DNA of 63,216 nucleotides, the filler included, from Octopus bimaculoides (Eukaryota), in NCBI RefSeq assembly GCF_001194135.2. It is 4 parts of 4 records of this genome, joined end to end, with 100 filler letters (N's around TTAATTAATTAA, not from the genome) between each part and the next. Parts side by side here need not be neighbours in the genome. Positions count along the whole stretch, not along the records: positions 1 to 22,014 come from NC_068988.1; 3 more parts are not named here. The stretch is one strand, 5' to 3'. Below the pieces are notes generated by a model, which made no database searches, was not told the origin of the DNA, and saw nothing but the letters and a program-made list of their open reading frames with translations. Below are positions 1 through 12,946 of the stretch, one piece after another; position 1 is the first letter of the stretch, and the number at the start of each line of letters is the position of its first letter. The position numbers were made by a program, and so were the translations under genes.

Positions 1-368
1 TATATATATATATATATATGTATATATGCATGTTTGTATGTTTGTATGTGTAATATGGGAACACACAAACACACACATACATATATGTTCCCATATTACA
101 CATACACACATGCACGCACACACTTACACATATATGAATATACATGCATATGTATGTAATTTTTTTATATATTTATATACACATATAGACATATCACCTA
201 ACTTTCTATGATTATGTATATATAGTAATATATGTATATGTGTGTGCATGTATGTAACTATATATATATATATGCATGTATGTCTATATACGAATATGTT
301 TGCATGTATGTATATGTGTATATCTATGTATGTATACTCACAGATGTGTGAGGGGACATATATATATG

Positions 369-411
<43 letters not shown>

Positions 412-736
412 NNNNNNNNNNNNNNNNNNNNNNNNNNNNNNNNNNNNNNNNNNNNNNNNNNNNNNNNNNNNNNNNNNNNNNNNNNNNNNNNNNNNNNNNN
501 NNNNNNNNNNNNNNNNNNNNNNNNNNNNNNNNNNNNNNNNNNNNNNNNNNNNNNNNNNNNNNNNNNNNNNNNNNNNNNNNNNNNNNNNNNNNNNNNNNNN
601 NNNNNNNNNNNNNNNNNNNNNNNNNNNNNNNNNNNNNNNGTGTGTGTGTGTGAATATGTGTGTGTATACGTGTATGTATATGTGTATGTACGTATGCATA
701 TATGTGTGTGTATATATGTATATATGTTTGTGTGTG

Positions 737-778
<42 letters not shown>

Positions 779-780
779 TA
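1..780. repeat. (TA)n/(CA)n/(TG)n compound microsatellite around N gap 412-639
   Basis: Direct dinucleotide runs; the overlapping ORFs are YI/HT/CV artefacts. Confidence 0.95.
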
Positions 781-1129
781 CTCCATTCCACCTGTGAGAA
801 CTAAATAGCTATCCTCAACACACATATCGACTTTTGACTAGAACACAAGAATAGTGATCATTCCTAGATTTTCCATTCGGTTATTCTTGATAGACTTAAA
901 TCTTCCCACCAAAACTTTCGGAGTCTTAAGGAGAAATATCTCCAAGAGGAAAGGCACTAATCATCTCCAAATGCAGTGCGCTCTTCAGATGTTATACGAA
1001 AGGTAGCAACTGAGCAAGAGTCTTTTTTGTGCATGGTGCAAATGATTGTACAGTAGCTGACCTAAATATATCATGCTCAAACACAGAACCTTGCGCACCA
1101 CTGCGTAAGACCATCACAATCAACAGACA

Positions 1130-1503
1130 CGGGATGGCTTCCTCTAACACCAACACAGTCATCACGCCGATATTTTAAATACATATTGGGAGCCTGTTGC
1201 ATTACAACAACAAAAGCAAAATTATTTTTCTGAGAAACCTTCCTGCAAGCAGTGAAGCCCTATGCATAGCACTCGTCGAAACTCATCTGAAGCCTGATAT
1301 AGACGAATCAGAAGTACACATACCAAAATATACCTTACTGCGAACAGACAGAAGGGAAAGGAGCGGTAGTAGTGTTGCTGTATATATCCGTGAGGACCTC
1401 ACACCTTAGGTCCTACTATCATACTCAAATTCAGTATGTGACACTAATTGTATACATAAGACAACACAATATAGTCATATGCAATACGTTTCGCCCACCG
1501 GAT
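1130..1503 (+). mobile_element. Decayed APE-type endonuclease N-terminus of a CR1/L2-like LINE ORF2
   Basis: Frame reads MASSNTNTVITPIF*IHIGSLLHYNNKSKIIFLRNL...LCIALVETHLKPDIDESEVHIPKYTLLRTDRRERSGSSVAVYIREDL. After a stop and frameshift it reads NIVICNTFRPPD (1468-1503). These match the EEP-domain ETWL, R.DR...GGGV..Y and YRPP motifs. Confidence 0.85.
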
Positions 1504-1789
1504 GTGTTCCTTTCTGTCGATGAGCATAGGCTCGAAACGTAAAAAGACTTTCTCACTTCCCGAGCGTTAAACTAATACATATGTTAGATGCATATGTAAG
1601 GTAATATATTTAATATTTCGTAGCTGTGAAGTGATAAGAGTCATTCAACGGCCTAGATGTTCGTGTTAAACAAGAAACCAAATCATGTCAAGCAATCTCA
1701 GAATTGCTTTGGTTTTTTCAATCACTCCTATTGCATTACAGGCAATAAATGCTGGCTTCTGTGTTCCGTTTAGAAAATTAACTCTAAAT

Positions 1790-1917
1790 TTCAGAACTGT
1801 TTGTGTTTGTGTGTGTATGTGTGTGTATATAAATATATATACATATATATGCACATACACACACACTCACACTCACACATACACATGCACACATATATAT
1901 ATTATATGTATATACAT

Positions 1918-2001
<84 letters not shown>

Positions 2002-2096
2002 GCGCCGTAATAAAAAAAACATTCACACCGAAAGCATATATACACAAACAGATATATGTATATATACATAAGTTTTTTATGTAAATGTACACACAC

Positions 2097-2167
<71 letters not shown>

Positions 2168-2450
2168 AAAACATACACACATGCACACGCATAGATATAT
2201 GTAGACTCAAATATAGGTAAACACGCATTTATATAGGCATATATACATGTATATGTATATATGGTGAGACACACACATGTATATACATGCACACCATTCT
2301 CTCTTTCTTTCTCACTCTTTCTCTCTCACACACACACACATATACATCTACATGTGCTGTGTACATATACTATATCATACATTCTTGCGCGCACACACAC
2401 ATACATGCATGTATACATGTATGTTTACATACTTATGCATATACATGAAA
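1790..2450. repeat. Compound (TG)n/(CA)n/(TA)n/(CT)n microsatellite field
   Basis: Direct reading. Confidence 0.9.
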
Positions 2451-2984
2451 CGAACAGATCCGTGATAACGATACTAGGCAGGAAAGGAAGAAGGATGAGG
2501 GGATTATACGTAGAATTGCTTTAGTAAGTAGATCAAATAATACTTTCATCTTTCGTATCAAGTAATGATTCGAGAATGTTATAGTGCACAAGCTGCGTAT
2601 TAAATGATTAAATTGTAATAACTCATAGCCTGAAAATTTACACAAACTCAAGCCACACAGCACTAAATAAGCATTTTGAAACATTCATATACACTTTCAC
2701 GCTTATACACAGAAACGTAGATACGCAAATTCAAACACGCATGCGCATAACTGTGCTCACGAAACAAAGTGCATAGAAACACATATGTATGTCTCGCAAC
2801 GTTTTAGCAGTTATGAAAACAAAACAAAACCAAATAGAAATAAGTGAACGAAATATGTCACATTTCCAAATTCAAACTGTGACATACATATATGTAGACA
2901 TTTTCTTTTTATACTGAAACCGTATTGATGTGTAATGCGATTGATACTAATATAGACAATTCAAATAACGAACGATCAAACAAA

Positions 2985-3327
2985 ATCGCATACACATGGG
3001 CACACACATATGCGCACATGAAGCCACGTGTATATTTATTTGTTTGTTTGTTTGCATGCATACATGTTAGTATGTATATACGTACATATACACACGCATA
3101 CACACACACACACACACATAGACATATGTACACACATACATATACGCATATATATATTTATAAATACATGTATGTACACGCATGCATATACGCACATATA
3201 TATGTATATATATAAGTACACATCTATATATACGCATACAAATATATAAAAATATATGTAAATATGCATTTATGTCATATATATATGTGTGTATGTGTGT
3301 GTGTGTATACATTTATCTCTCTCTCTC

Positions 3328-3417
<90 letters not shown>

Positions 3418-3610
3418 CATATACACACACATATAAAATAGATAAGTATAGATATATTTATATATTCCATATCACAGAAACGTATGTATCTATGTATATA
3501 TGCAAATATATCTATGCAAATATACATACAATCCTAACCTTTTGAAATTGATATTTGCACAGTGTGCAGTCTGTGCATGTGTGTATGTATATACATATAT
3601 GTTTGTGCGA
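2985..3610. repeat. Compound (CA)n/(CT)n/(TA)n microsatellite field
   Basis: Direct reading. Confidence 0.9.
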
Positions 3611-3837
3611 TATGGAATAATGTATTTGAGGACAATACTACTGAAGAATAATCAGCAAATAGCAAACACAAAATATGATAAATCATTTAAAAAATATCAA
3701 ACGCGAAAATAAACGACTTTTTTCATTATATATTTGAAAGGAAAGCTGTTCCTTATATAAACGAATAGTGTATATAGATATATTATGTTATAATATAATA
3801 TAATATAATATAATATAGCATGATAATAATGCTTTCA

Positions 3838-4051
3838 AATTTAAACACAAGGCCAGAAATTTCGGTGGAGAGTATAAGCCGATTACATCGATCCATGTCC
3901 TCAGCTGTTACTTATTTTATCAAACCTGAAAGGGTGAAAGGCAAGGTTTAGCCCGGTGAAATTTGAACTCAGAACATAAAGACGGATGAAATGCCGCTAA
4001 GCATTGTTCCCGGCGTGCTAGCAAATCTCTCAGCTTGCTGCCCGCCTTGCA
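3838..4051 (-). mobile_element. SINE family B copy (head GGCGGCGAGCTGGCAGAATCGTTAGCACGCCGGG-type)
   Basis: Reverse complement aligns by eye to the copies at 11220-11433 and 42480-42923 (AAATGCTTAGCGG, GTTCTGAGTTCAAATT, GGCCTTGTG). Confidence 0.8.
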
Positions 4052-4866
4052 ATAACAGTGATTTCAAATTTTGACACAATGTCAGTGGGTGTACACTGAT
4101 AACAACGAGCCGGTGTTGTCCAATTAGATGAGAGGAATAACTGTATAAATTACCCCTCCCCAAATAGCAGCAGAATCTCTCATACCCACTGCTGGAATGA
4201 CCTGATCTTTTCCACAGGAAGAATAACGGAGCCCCTCCTCACAAAGTTCAAGAAGTTGGCATATTATTATTAATGTTATTATTGTTGCTGTTGTTGTTGT
4301 TGTTATTATCATCATCATCATTATCATTATTATTATTACTATTAGGGTATTAATAATTCTTCTGCAAATAACCTCCACATAGACCCATCCACCACATACA
4401 GAACTGACACGCACGCACCCAGCAAATTTTAAAAATATAAACAGCTTTCAAAACGCGACGAATAACCATGGTGCCAGGGACAATGTACGTATGGGAATAT
4501 TTGTGTATACATATATGTATGTATGTACGTATGTGTGAGGGGATATATGTATATATATATGTATATTTCCCCTTCACATGTGGTGGCAGTGACTGTTGAC
4601 GTACATCTGGACACACATATGTACTCATCTATATATGCTTTTGTATCCATAGATATCTAGGTATTGTTATGTACACAGGCACAGACATGTGTATTGGAGT
4701 GTCTAAAACTATTTATATGGCCTTATATACTGTTTGTAGGCTTTTTATATACCTTATATTTTTATATTTTCATTTTTCATTTATATGTATTTTTACTTTA
4801 TTCTTATTTTTATTTCTATTTTATTTTTATTTTTATTTTTTATTTTATATTTGTATGAATCTTTGT

Positions 4867-5002
4867 GAATCTCCGAAGAGGCCTAGCGAATCATGCATGT
4901 AGCCCCATTACATCATTTTCATCTGCAAATTACTCCTGCACGCAGGATCTATAGGGATAGAATGGGGCATGCCAACGCTAGGCTGAAACAGCTGTAAGTT
5001 TC
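4867..5002 (+). ncRNA. Type I hammerhead ribozyme-like motif, Penelope-like/retrozyme type, with core variants
   Basis: Core CCGAAGA 4873-4879; helix II GGCCTAGCG 4880-4888 / CGCTAGGCT 4976-4984; GAA 4985-4987; helix III palindrome ACAGCTGT 4988-4995; cleavage triplet GTA 4994-4996; helix I GAATCT 4867-4872 / AGTTTC 4997-5002 with one mismatch. Confidence 0.7.
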
Positions 5003-5304
5003 TGCATACTCTCCAATTGCTAAATGCACTTTATATTTGTAACCTTAATTGTAACCTTAATTGTTAATATGACATGGTATGTCATAAGCATCTGTATATT
5101 GTAGTTTTTGTCGTTTTAGTTACAAAATAAACAAATTAATTCAATGGAATACACTGTCTGCAAGTTGATGGATACCGCACATTCTCCTCCATTTTCTTAT
5201 TGCTCTATATATAGGCTCAAAATAACAGCCAAATATCCTTATCGTATACTGTAATGTTTAAAATAGTGATGTAACATTGCATAAAAATATTCTTAGATAT
5301 ACAG

Positions 5305-5711
5305 ATAGGCACAGGAGTGGCTGTGTGGTAAGTAGCTTGCTTACCAACCACATGGTTCGGGGTTCAGTCCCACTGCGTAGCACCTTCTACTATAGCCACG
5401 GACTGAAAAAAGCCTTGTGAGTGGGTTTGGTAGTTGGAAACTGAAAGAAGCCTATCGTATATATATATATGTGTATATATATATATGTTTGCATGGGTAT
5501 GTGTATGTTTGTTTGTCTGTGTTTGTCACCCACTATCGCTTGACAACCGATACTGGTGTGTTTACGTAACCGTAACTTAGCGGTTCGGCAAAATAGACTG
5601 ATAGAATAAGTACTAGGCTTACAAAGAATAAGTCCTAGGGTAGATTTGTTCGACTAAAGGTGGTGCTCCAGCATGACCACAGTCAAATGACTGAAACAAA
5701 GAAAAGAAAAG

Positions 5712-5712
<1 letters not shown>
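5305..5712 (+). mobile_element. tRNA-derived SINE family A, near full length
   Basis: A-box-like TGGCTGTGTGG and B-box-like GGTTCAGTCCC, internal TA/TG microsatellite, 3' end GCTCCAGCATGACCACAGTCAAATGACTGAAAC plus a GAAAA-type tail; multiple copies in the window. Confidence 0.9.
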
Positions 5713-5745
<33 letters not shown>

Positions 5746-5949
5746 CACACACACGTAAACAGGCACACCCTCAAAACCCATAAGCACTGGTATATTTATA
5801 TGTAAAAGTATGTAGCAATACCGAGATACTGTCTCAGTTTTATAAAATTAAATTCAAAAGATGTCTGCTGGCAGTTTTTAGCTTATCAATTTTAATTTGC
5901 TTCCATATAAGTCTTTCATGTATACTTTCGTTCTTAATGAACTCATTCT

Positions 5950-6094
5950 CTACCTTCAGGGTCTATTTTCTTCATTATGTTTATTGAATTCTTATATACA
6001 TACATATACGAATGTAGGTACTTCTCTTTGTATGTGTGCAAGAATATATGAATGTATGTATGTAGATATATACGTACGTCATGTATCGATTTTA

Positions 6095-6177
<83 letters not shown>

Positions 6178-6309
6178 TATATATATATGTAAGTATGTAT
6201 ATATATATATATGTATGTATGAATGTATATATATACATATATATACGTATGTATATATATATATGTATGTATGTATATATATATATGTATGTATGTATAT
6301 GTATGTATG

Positions 6310-6353
<44 letters not shown>

Positions 6354-6448
6354 GTATATAGACATACTATTCAACTTAAAGTCACACATATACAACTACA
6401 TAAATATCTATTAACCAACCGTTCTCTCTTTCTCAATATACGTACATA

Positions 6449-6495
<47 letters not shown>

Positions 6496-6666
6496 CATAT
6501 ATATATACATGCATACATACATACACACACACACACACAAACACACACACATATATATGCATATTTCATATTTATGTGTGTGTATATGTAGGGATATATA
6601 CATATATATATATATATGTATATATACTTACATATATATTTACTTGTGTATGTGTGTGAGAATGTG

Positions 6667-6737
<71 letters not shown>

Positions 6738-6750
6738 ACAAGCCTGCATG
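5950..6750. repeat. Compound (TG)n/(TA)n/(TATG)n/(CA)n microsatellite field
   Basis: Direct reading. Confidence 0.9.
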
Positions 6751-7347
6751 TATTAGTGTACGATTCGTTTCTAAATGAAGGAATTTAGAATTTGAAAAAG
6801 AAAACATGAAGTGGTTGACAGAAACTGAAGATCATGTCTTTTTTTCTTACTGGTCAAATTCCTTTGCTAATTCTCACCGCCTACTTTCCTTTGTCCATCA
6901 CTTACATCGACTACAAATACATAGCTGCTATGTTCGACATTTGTCTTCCACCATCCACCATCGGAATAATATATTATATTTCATGTTTAATATACTTCAT
7001 ATTAAATCTTTAGCTATATTTTATTAGAAAAGCGGTACTGTTTGAAGTATGCACTTTTATATATTAAATGCAAACATGTTTATAGACAAGAGAATATATA
7101 CAGAATAGGACAAAGAAAACAACGTCATGCTGGACTTTGTTGGTTGTATATATATNNNNNNNNNNNNNNNNNNNNNNNNNNNNNNNNNNNNNNNNNNNNN
7201 NNNNNNNNNNNNNNNNNNNNNNNNNNNNNNNNNNNNNNNNNNNNNNNNNNNNNNNNNNNNNNNNNNNNNNNNNNNNNNNNNNNNNNNNNNNNNNNNNNNN
7301 NNNNNNNNNNNNNNNNNNNNNNNNNNNNNNNNNNNNNNNNNNNNNNN

Positions 7348-7399
7348 TTATTTATGGGTTTCAGCCAAGTGGCTGCGGTCATGCTGGAGCACCACCGTA
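7348..7399 (-). mobile_element. SINE family A 3' fragment
   Basis: TTTCAG..GGCTGCGGTCATGCTGGAGCACCACC is the reverse complement of the family A 3' end. Confidence 0.7.
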
Positions 7400-7915
7400 A
7401 TTTTCCGTCTTTATGCTGTGCTCTCATCACGTTCCTTGCATGGCTCTTCTCCCCCACCTGATATGGTCCAATCAACAGTTTTGATGGCACATCTGGTGTA
7501 TAAGAGAATTTGACATCGCTGCCCTAAACTGCGTCTCATTTCGAGACATTGGTTCGTCTGGTATCGTGGAGAGGAAAGCGTCGAGTTTTGTCTTGAAGAC
7601 CTCCGTATCAATGTCTTGCAGGTCTCTCAAAATGTTTTGGTAGGGCATTGAAGAGCTGATGTCCTCTGAAACCGAGGCTGCTGCAGTATCTCGTTCTTAT
7701 GTGAGATGCAGTGGACGGCACCTTTGGCACCATGCAGTGGCGACCCGTGCGAGCATTCCTGTAGTACTTGATGCCAAAGTTTGGCACCAGTCCTTCCAGT
7801 ATTTTTCATGTGTATAGTATTACATATCTCTCCCGCCTGCGCTCCAGGGAGTAGAGACCTAGTGCCTTCAGTCGCTCCCTGTAGTTCATCTGTTGGACTG
7901 TGGCGATCTTTTTTG
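7400..7915 (-). mobile_element. CR1/L2-like LINE ORF2 C-terminus, decayed
   Basis: Minus strand reads KKIATVQQMNYRERLKALGLYSLERRRERYVILYT*KILEGLVPNFG...LFNALP..LRDLQDIDTEVFKTKLDAFLSTIPDEP. The Y.ERL..L.L.SLE.RR and FK..LD.FL motifs are typical of CR1/L2 post-RT regions. Confidence 0.88.
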
Positions 7916-8254
7916 TATAGTATTTATATTTATATGTATATATATATACATTCATATTCTTTAATCCTCTTAAGAGATAAAATTTACTACCTCTACGCAC
8001 TAGTTCGGATTAATTTTATACCTGGAGTAAATTAAAAAATACTAGATGTAAACAATCTTCTCTCCTAATAAAGTACAATTTAAAAGAAAGTAACGTTTTA
8101 GATTTAACATAAGAGTATTGATGGTATCCATTTTCCAAGCTTGGGACATTGTGATTGTTTAAACTTTTTCTGATGCAGCACCTTAGTTTATTTTTAAAAT
8201 CTTTTTTCAGTTTCAGAAGTTGAGCGTTTTTCTCTGAAGTTGATAGATATACTT

Positions 8255-8322
<68 letters not shown>

Positions 8323-8348
8323 CAGATAGATAGATAGATAGATAGATA
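8255..8348. repeat. (GATA)n tetranucleotide microsatellite
   Basis: Direct reading. Confidence 0.95.
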
Positions 8349-9145
8349 AGGAGGGCATTTTCTACATTTAGAAAGCAAAGCTGCAAAGAATTGAGGGTTA
8401 TTGTTATGACAGTGTATTTACTGACATTTGGTGTCAACATGAGAAGCGACGTCGGCACTAAACGCTTCTGTAAACAGCAGAAATCCTTCACCGAGACCTT
8501 CTTCCAGATTGTCTCGATATGATTTGACAATATTTAGTGATATCATTGAATAAATTTCATGTGTAACCGACTGTAACTCTTAATTCAAACACGCTATACT
8601 TGTTCTACAGGGCAGAAACTAAGTTATCAATAATTTAAGAAATATTCGACTTTGAAACTTGTGAGTTAGCGTTTGAGATTTAAGATTCAAGACACTGAAA
8701 TTTCATTCCTGATGAATTCACCCGTGTTCTCTTCGAATTTGATATTGAAAATCCAGTAAGTCAGGCCTTTCTATTCGTTGTTAATCAATATCTTACAAAA
8801 CTGACCAGAAAACAGTTCAAGTCTTCATCAGAAGATTGAAAAGAAATTCTGTCATATGAAATACTGGACTCGGTAAAATACTGGACTGTAATACTGGACT
8901 CGGCAAAATATGACCATTTTCCTTTAAAATCGTTGTTGAGGTTGTCGATACTGTCTCATGTTCATTGTTATTTCATACGTCACTAAAGATAAGTTTTACT
9001 GTAGAAAAAGTGCGTAAAGCTGATTCAAATTTTGTTTCCTCCGCACCACCTCCAAATCTAGTATCTGAAATTATTTTCACAACGGACAAATGAGCATAAC
9101 GAGATAAAACAGCAGAAGCAAATTCCATCAAGATGTTGAAAATGA

Positions 9146-9222
<77 letters not shown>

Positions 9223-10367
9223 CTAAACTACGCGTTACCGGTTGGGTCACGAGGAAACTCTGAGTTTCCCAGCAACGAAGTTTTGATTCTTATTTGTTTC
9301 TTTTTTAAACTTTTCCAGGTTATTTCGCATGCCTTCAACGAATGTGACATCGAAATCACGCGTAAACGGTTCCTTTCCCCAGAAAAGGAAATATTTCGCT
9401 GCTAATTCTTACACGTCTTGCTACCACGTAACAGGTATTTCGGGTCCTTTATCGCAAATAGCTATTATGTAGTAGCAGGGTGTGCTAGGAATAGCAGCCA
9501 AATCTTTGGATGTGAGATACGTTGAATCCACTCGAAAAAATCCTATGGAAGAAAGCTATTTCACACTGAGGTTTCGAGGTTACGAACGGGTCTTTTACGA
9601 AATATCTACCGTATTTCTAAAGTGATTTTCACTTTAGAATATTGTTTAAATATGCCAAAAGAAATTTTTGTAATGGTATTCACTTGAAAATAATTTTAAA
9701 AAACATTAAAATATTGTCTGTTGAAAGAAAGCTAAACTATGAATACTTACTGTTCAAACAACTTACATTTTTGAAATCACATTCACTTGAAAATATTTCT
9801 AAATTATTAAAATATTGTTTAACAAAAGCGAAAATAGAAACATTTACTGTGAAAAAAAAATCTTTTTTTTTGTTTGTTTTTTCGTTTTTAACTCATGGTG
9901 TCTAATAGAAAGATAAGAGTTTCTTCCTTTCCNNNNNNNNNNNNNNNNNNNNNNNNNNNNNNNNNNNNNNNNNNNNNNNNNNNNNNNNNNNNNNNNNNNN
10001 NNNNNNNNNNNNNNNNNNNNNNNNNNNNNNNNNNNNNNNNNNNNNNNNNNNNNNNNNNNNNNNNNNNNNNNNNNNNNNNNNNNNNNNNNNNNNNNNNNNN
10101 NNNNNNNNNNNNNNNNNNNNNNNNNNNNNNNNNNNNNNNNNNNNNNNNNNNNNNNNNNNNNNNNNNNNNNNNNNNNNNNNNNNNNNNNNNNNNNNNNNNN
10201 NNNNNNNNNNNNNNNNNNNNNNNNNNNNNNNNNNNNNNNNNNNNNNNNNNNNNNNNNNNNNNNNNNNNNNNNNNNNNNNNNNNNNNNNNNNNNNNNNNNN
10301 NNNNNNNNNNNNNNNNNNNNNNNNNNNNNNNNNNNNNNNNNNNNNNNTATATATAAAATATATATTT

Positions 10368-10742
10368 CTTTTATCTTTTATTTGTTTTAATAATGAGACT
10401 CCGGCTATATTGGGACGACGGGTTGAAAAATTTGTAGTCGATCGAATAGACCCCTGTATTTATTCTAACGAATCTCTTTCGCCGAACCTTTTAGTTACGG
10501 AGACGTAAACATACCAACACCGTTTGTCAAGTGGTAGTGGGAAACAAACACAGACACAAAGACGCGCGCGCGCAACGCACACGCATATACACACTCACAC
10601 GTACACACGTTTCTTTCTACTAAATACAACTCATAGAGCGGTAGTTGGCCCGAGGCTATAGTAGAAGATACTTTGCCCAAGGTACCACGCAGTAGGAATG
10701 AACCTGGAAGCAAACGTCTTACAACACAGTCACACCTACGCT
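10368..10742 (-). mobile_element. SINE family A copy
   Basis: Contains GGCCCGAGGCTATAGTAGAAGA..TTGCCCAAGGT.CCACGCAGT, the reverse complement of the family A head. Confidence 0.85.
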
Positions 10743-11219
10743 TATATACATGTATATCCCGAATCCTGAATAGAACCCAGATTAATGAAACAGAACAATG
10801 AATTTCTTCACTTTACAGAGAACGCAATCCACCATGCAGAATTCATTCAGATTGATGATTTCTTCATTTGCCGTTTTAGATATCTATAATTTATGTTGTC
10901 TCTTATATCCATTCACATGAATATTTTATATACTCTGCTAGTAAAGAGTTAAATCCGATTAGTACCACTCCAATGCATATTCCATTACGGAGAGAGCCAA
11001 AAGTTTCATTAATGCTGTGAAACAAAAGGCTTTCTTCTGCGAATATCTTCATAATAATAACTTTCAATTATTTTGCTATCATTGTATATGCAAAGTACTT
11101 ATACCATCTCAGAATCCGAACTTTAAAAGAATCTGATTTACTGCCATTATTTCGATTAACCCAAACCATGACTTCTGCTTGGAACCCTCTCAAATGAGTT
11201 TTTGTGGCATTATTTAAAA

Positions 11220-11433
11220 GCGGTTAGCTGGCAGAATCATTAGCACGGCGGCCGAAACGCTTAGCAGTATTTCGTCTCTTTATGTTCTGAGCTCAAATTT
11301 CGCCAAGGTCGACTGTGCCTATCATCCTTCGGAGTCGATAAATTAAATACCAGTTGCGTACTAGGATCGATCTAATCGAACGCCACCCCTCACATCAAAT
11401 CTTAGTCCTTGTGCCTATAGTAGAAAGGATTAT
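11220..11433 (+). mobile_element. SINE family B copy
   Basis: AGCTGGCAGAATCATTAGCAC...GTTCTGAGCTCAAATT...GTCGATAAATTAAATACCAG...CCTTGTGCCTATAGTAGAAAGGATTAT. Confidence 0.88.
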
Positions 11434-12600
11434 GAAAAAAAGCAGCGAGCTAAGAAAAAATTTTTTAACGTAAGAACACTTCAAAGTAAATAATACTTGT
11501 GACGACATTTTTTGACATTGTCACAATACCTGTATCATCCTAAATAGTTCTTCACTGGGCTACATACAACTGTCCATGCGCAAATAGAAAATTCGAGAAC
11601 AAACCTATTTTATTCAAATATTGACACTGAGATTTATTGTTATTGCAAAATCCGCTAGGAATGGAAACGGTAAACTTGTAAAGGTGAATAGCAGAATAGA
11701 ACCAGGTCTCAGTTTAATTCATTCTACAATGACATGTTATTTGTAATGTTTCAATTGAGGTGTTCATATAAATGAGTTATTGGAATTCTCTTTCGATTGC
11801 AAAGCCCGTTAACCTTATTTAAATTTTGCAATCGAATTACAACATATCCTCTTTTTCATTTGAATTCATTCATGTTGCTATCCCAGAATGATCATCGCTT
11901 CGTTTTTGCTATTTTTGTTTCCTTTTCTCCACCTCCATCTTTTTTTTACCGATAGTAACTTCATTTGTCACTTGAGTGTTTTTTTTTTTTCATTGCAATG
12001 GTGTTTCTTTATCCACACTCTTTCTGCGTAGATAAAACAAAAGTTGTGTGAATACACTAAAGTGTTTAATACTTGTTTTATAATTATATAACTCCATACT
12101 AGTGTATTGTTGTTGGTTAAATCTTAAACTGTCTACCCTGTCTGCTGTGATAGGTATAAATATGTATACTAATAAAAATAAGTTTTCTCGGGCGAAACAA
12201 TTAACATTTATGAAGATAAAATTATCTTCAGAGAAAACAGAAGCAATGCGCATTACGGATGAATGGTTTTTCTCTTCTGAAAGGATATTTTTTACCAATA
12301 TTAATTTACGAAAACTGAAGAAACAAAAACAAAAAGAAAGTTTTCCAAATATAATTTTTTATAATATATAATACTTGCAACATAGCAAAAAAATCTCTTC
12401 CTATACATTACATATTATATGGTAAATAAACTAATTCAAGAGAATCATTCTAACAAACGATGTAGTAAAGTAAATCGTGTGATTTCTGGTAACCTTCATG
12501 AACTTAAACACAAGCATAATCATTAAAAATATATATATATATATGTACGAGGTGAATTTAGTTGAGAATATTGTTGAAGGTCAAAGCTTGAAACAAGCAC

Positions 12601-12635
<35 letters not shown>

Positions 12636-12832
12636 CAATGTAATCTGAAATATTTGTTTCTATGAGCAACCATTGAAAAAAAAGTCTTTCTTTATGAACA
12701 TAAACTTGTTATTTGTACTTCAGTTTTGTTTAACAATATTAATGTTAAAGTAGAAACTGTGTACAATATCCCACTTTAGTTTAATGGCTATGTCTAGCTT
12801 TACCGTGACTATAACATAATTCTTTCTAATTG

Positions 12833-12946
12833 TGGACTGAAAGTTAAATTCGACATCGGTGGAATTTGAACAGAGAACGTATAGATGGATGAAATGCCGC
12901 TAAGAATTTTGCTTTGCGTGCTAGCGATTCTTCCAGCTCACTGCCT
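12833..12946 (-). mobile_element. SINE family B 5' fragment, decayed
   Basis: GGAATTTGAAC..AGAACG...GAAATGCCGCTAAG...GTGCTAGCGATTCTTCCAGCTCACTGCC. Confidence 0.75.

Noticed and set aside
26-825. Long ORFs of YI/HT/CV repeats or X runs here and throughout the track
   Set aside because: They are translations of dinucleotide microsatellites and N gaps, not genes.
1510-1560. Hammerhead-like TCGATGAGCATAGGCTCGAAACGTA
   Set aside because: It has a GATGA..GAAAC-GTA layout and palindromic ACGT, but the core is TCGATGA, helix II only pairs by consuming G8/A9, and helix I does not pair in register. It may be a decayed PLE terminus but cannot be supported as a ribozyme.
9247-9270. Hairpin GGAAACTCTGAGTTTCC after CACGA
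   Set aside because: A single short palindrome. It could be a DNA transposon end, but no matching second terminus was found.
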